NCBI GenBank assembly: GCA_019508115.1
Contig: JAEKMC010000069.1
Span: forward strand, 1-60,823
Direction: 5' to 3'
From: Sphingomonas sp.
GTDB lineage: Bacteria; Pseudomonadota; Alphaproteobacteria; Sphingomonadales; Sphingomonadaceae
DNA length: 60,823 nt
The notes below the pieces were generated by a model. The model saw only the letters and a program-made list of their open reading frames with translations, ran no database searches and was not told the origin of the DNA. A program made the translations under genes and the position numbers. Shown here in pieces: positions 59,482-60,823 of the stretch (its first letter is position 1; every line of letters starts with the position of its first letter).

Positions 59482-59571
59482 CGTCATGCTGAACCTGTTT
59501 CAGCATCCATCTCTCATCCGCACCGCCGGTGCCTGTGGCCCGATTGACCCTGAAACAAGTTCAGGGTGACG
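59482..59571. repeat. REP doublet
   Basis: cgtcatgctgaacctgtttcagcatcca / tgaccctgaaacaagttcagggtgacg. Confidence 0.78.
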
Positions 59572-59718
59572 CAACCGGCGATCATGCGGTTTGGCTTCTC
59601 GCCTCCCAAGACTCGTTCCGCCCCTCACTCAGGTTGCGCGCGGCTTCGCGAAACAATAGAGGCGGATATCCGCGGGGGCGTCCACACTCTTCCGCCATTT
59701 TTTCAGGAGAGATTTTCG

Positions 59719-60495
59719 ATGGCGAGCGCTCCCGGTCTCCCGGGCCTTCCGATGCTGTACAAGGACCTCACGCCCCTTTCGAGCCAGGAGCATCGCACCT
59801 GGAAGCTGCGTCCGCTGGCGACGCTCGAAATCCTGAAGGGCGTGCATGCCTTGCCGATCACGGTCGATGAATTCCCGGTCGCGCAGCGTTTCTTCCCGAT
59901 CGTCTTCTCGTCGGGAGCGGATTCGGTGCCGCTCGCGCTGATGGGCCTCAACGAAGGCGTCAACACCTTCGTCGATGATGACGGCAATTGGCGGCCGGGG
60001 GCGTATCTGCCCGCATTCATGCGCCGCTATCCCTTCCTGCTCGCGCGCCTGAGCCAGGACGCGGAAGAATTGTCGCTCTGCTTCGACCCGAGCGCGGGCA
60101 TGATCGGCGAGTTCGAGGACGGCATCCCGCTCTTCACCGACGCGGGCGAGCCCGAGCAGGCGGTCAAGGACATGCTCGGTTTCTGCGAGCAGTTCGAGCA
60201 TGCCGCGCAGCGCACCACCGCCTTCATGAAGGACCTCGAGGAAACCGGCTTGATGGAGGAGGGTGAGCTCACCATCGGTCTTTCGGCCGAGAGCCAGCCT
60301 TACGTCTATCGCGGCTTCAGCATGATCAACGAGCAGAAACTGCGCGATCTGCGCGGCGATCAGCTCCGCAAGATGCAGCAGAACGGCATGCTGACGTTGG
60401 TCTACGCACACCTCTTCTCGCTCGGCCTGACCAGCGAGATTTTCGGTCGCCAGGCCGATCAGGGCAAGCTTCCCCCGCTTCAGCCCGCCGCCTGA
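59719..60495 (+). CDS. SapC family protein
   Basis: PITVDEF...FPIVF, PLALMGL, YLPAFMRRYPF and YAHLFSL. AGGAG RBS. Confidence 0.88.
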   Translation: MASAPGLPGLPMLYKDLTPLSSQEHRTWKLRPLATLEILKGVHALPITVDEFPVAQRFFPIVFSSGADSVPLALMGLNEGVNTFVDDDGNWRPGAYLPAFMRRYPFLLARLSQDAEELSLCFDPSAGMIGEFEDGIPLFTDAGEPEQAVKDMLGFCEQFEHAAQRTTAFMKDLEETGLMEEGELTIGLSAESQPYVYRGFSMINEQKLRDLRGDQLRKMQQNGMLTLVYAHLFSLGLTSEIFGRQADQGKLPPLQPAA

Positions 60496-60521
60496 AGCGG
60501 CAGGCATCGCGAAAATAAGGA

Positions 60522-60550
60522 GGGGCCGGTGAAAACCGGCCCCTTTTTTT
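60522..60550 (+). terminator. Rho-independent terminator
   Basis: ggggccggt-gaaa-accggcccc followed by a T7 tract. Confidence 0.85.
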
Positions 60551-60655
60551 GTCCCGAATGCGCCACGTCCGCCTGTCATTCGCGGGCGTAAATCTTCGTT
60601 CTTTCCGGGCTCTTCCGGTCCACAGGCTCGGCCCGGCGCATAAAAAGTCTAAGCC

Positions 60656-60685
60656 CTTGAAACCCTTCCTCCTGTCACCTATTCT
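60656..60685 (+). promoter_or_regulatory. RpoH (sigma32)-type promoter
   Basis: CTTGAA-N16-CCTATT matches the alphaproteobacterial RpoH consensus. Confidence 0.65.
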
Positions 60686-60691
60686 AATCAC

Positions 60692-60796
60692 GGTACCCGC
60701 CGTGTTCCCCTTTCGCGGCTTGGTACTAGCGCGCTTCGGCGCGCTTCCTCCCTGAACCTTGGCCACTCCGTGAGAAATCACGGGGTGGCTTTTTTT
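60692..60796 (+). ncRNA. SuhB/alpha-r8 (MmgR/GsrN-like) small RNA
   Basis: 5' hairpin with TTCCCCTTT loop, gcgcgc-TTCG-gcgcgc hairpin, TTCCTCCCTGAACCTTGGCC core, then terminator stem and T7. Confidence 0.78.
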
Positions 60797-60823
60797 CATG
60801 GGCCGGTTGGTGAACCTGGAACG

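Noticed and set aside
60326-60799. ORFs 60326-60799 (-) and 60549-60755 (+)
   Set aside because: They span a terminator, promoter and sRNA and have atypical composition, so a non-coding reading fits better.
1-60823. CRISPR array or cas genes
   Set aside because: No regularly spaced repeat-spacer units were seen. The repeats found are isolated inverted doublets.
1-60823. Prophage, integrase or IS element at the three tRNAs
   Set aside because: No recombinase, transposase or phage genes, and no duplicated tRNA 3' ends, were recognised.

Overview
GC-rich alphaproteobacterial chromosome segment. Gene content, REP families and RNA sequences point to a sphingomonad (inference). Most of it is core genome: the end of a cheA-W-Y-B-R operon, rnpB, pstSCAB, ilvD, pcm-tolC-popZ, uvrD, gyrA, a DEAD-box helicase, three tRNAs (Leu-CAA, Cys-GCA, Ile2-CAT), several REP/REPIN hairpins and a SuhB/GsrN-like sRNA behind an RpoH-type promoter. 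The best candidate for an undescribed system is an accessory island at about 28.7-36.6 kb. It carries a dimeric-type cytidine deaminase divergent from an operon encoding a Ser-rich membrane-anchored protein, a ferritin-like diiron protein with an SxtJ-like tail, a CmcH/NodU carbamoyltransferase, a DUF5989/SxtK-like peptide ending in a DltX-like Tyr motif, a membrane-anchored SGNH protein, an orphan protein and a deaminase-type amidohydrolase. I propose, as inference only, a trans-envelope carbamoylation relay. Other points of note are three broken genes (cheB, a Gly/Tyr-rich secreted protein, a conserved hypothetical), a 33-bp direct repeat bracketing a LysR/quinone-reductase cassette, GyrA with Met at the Asp87 position, and a class A beta-lactamase homologue lacking Glu166. 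No searches were run, so all family assignments rest on motif recognition.
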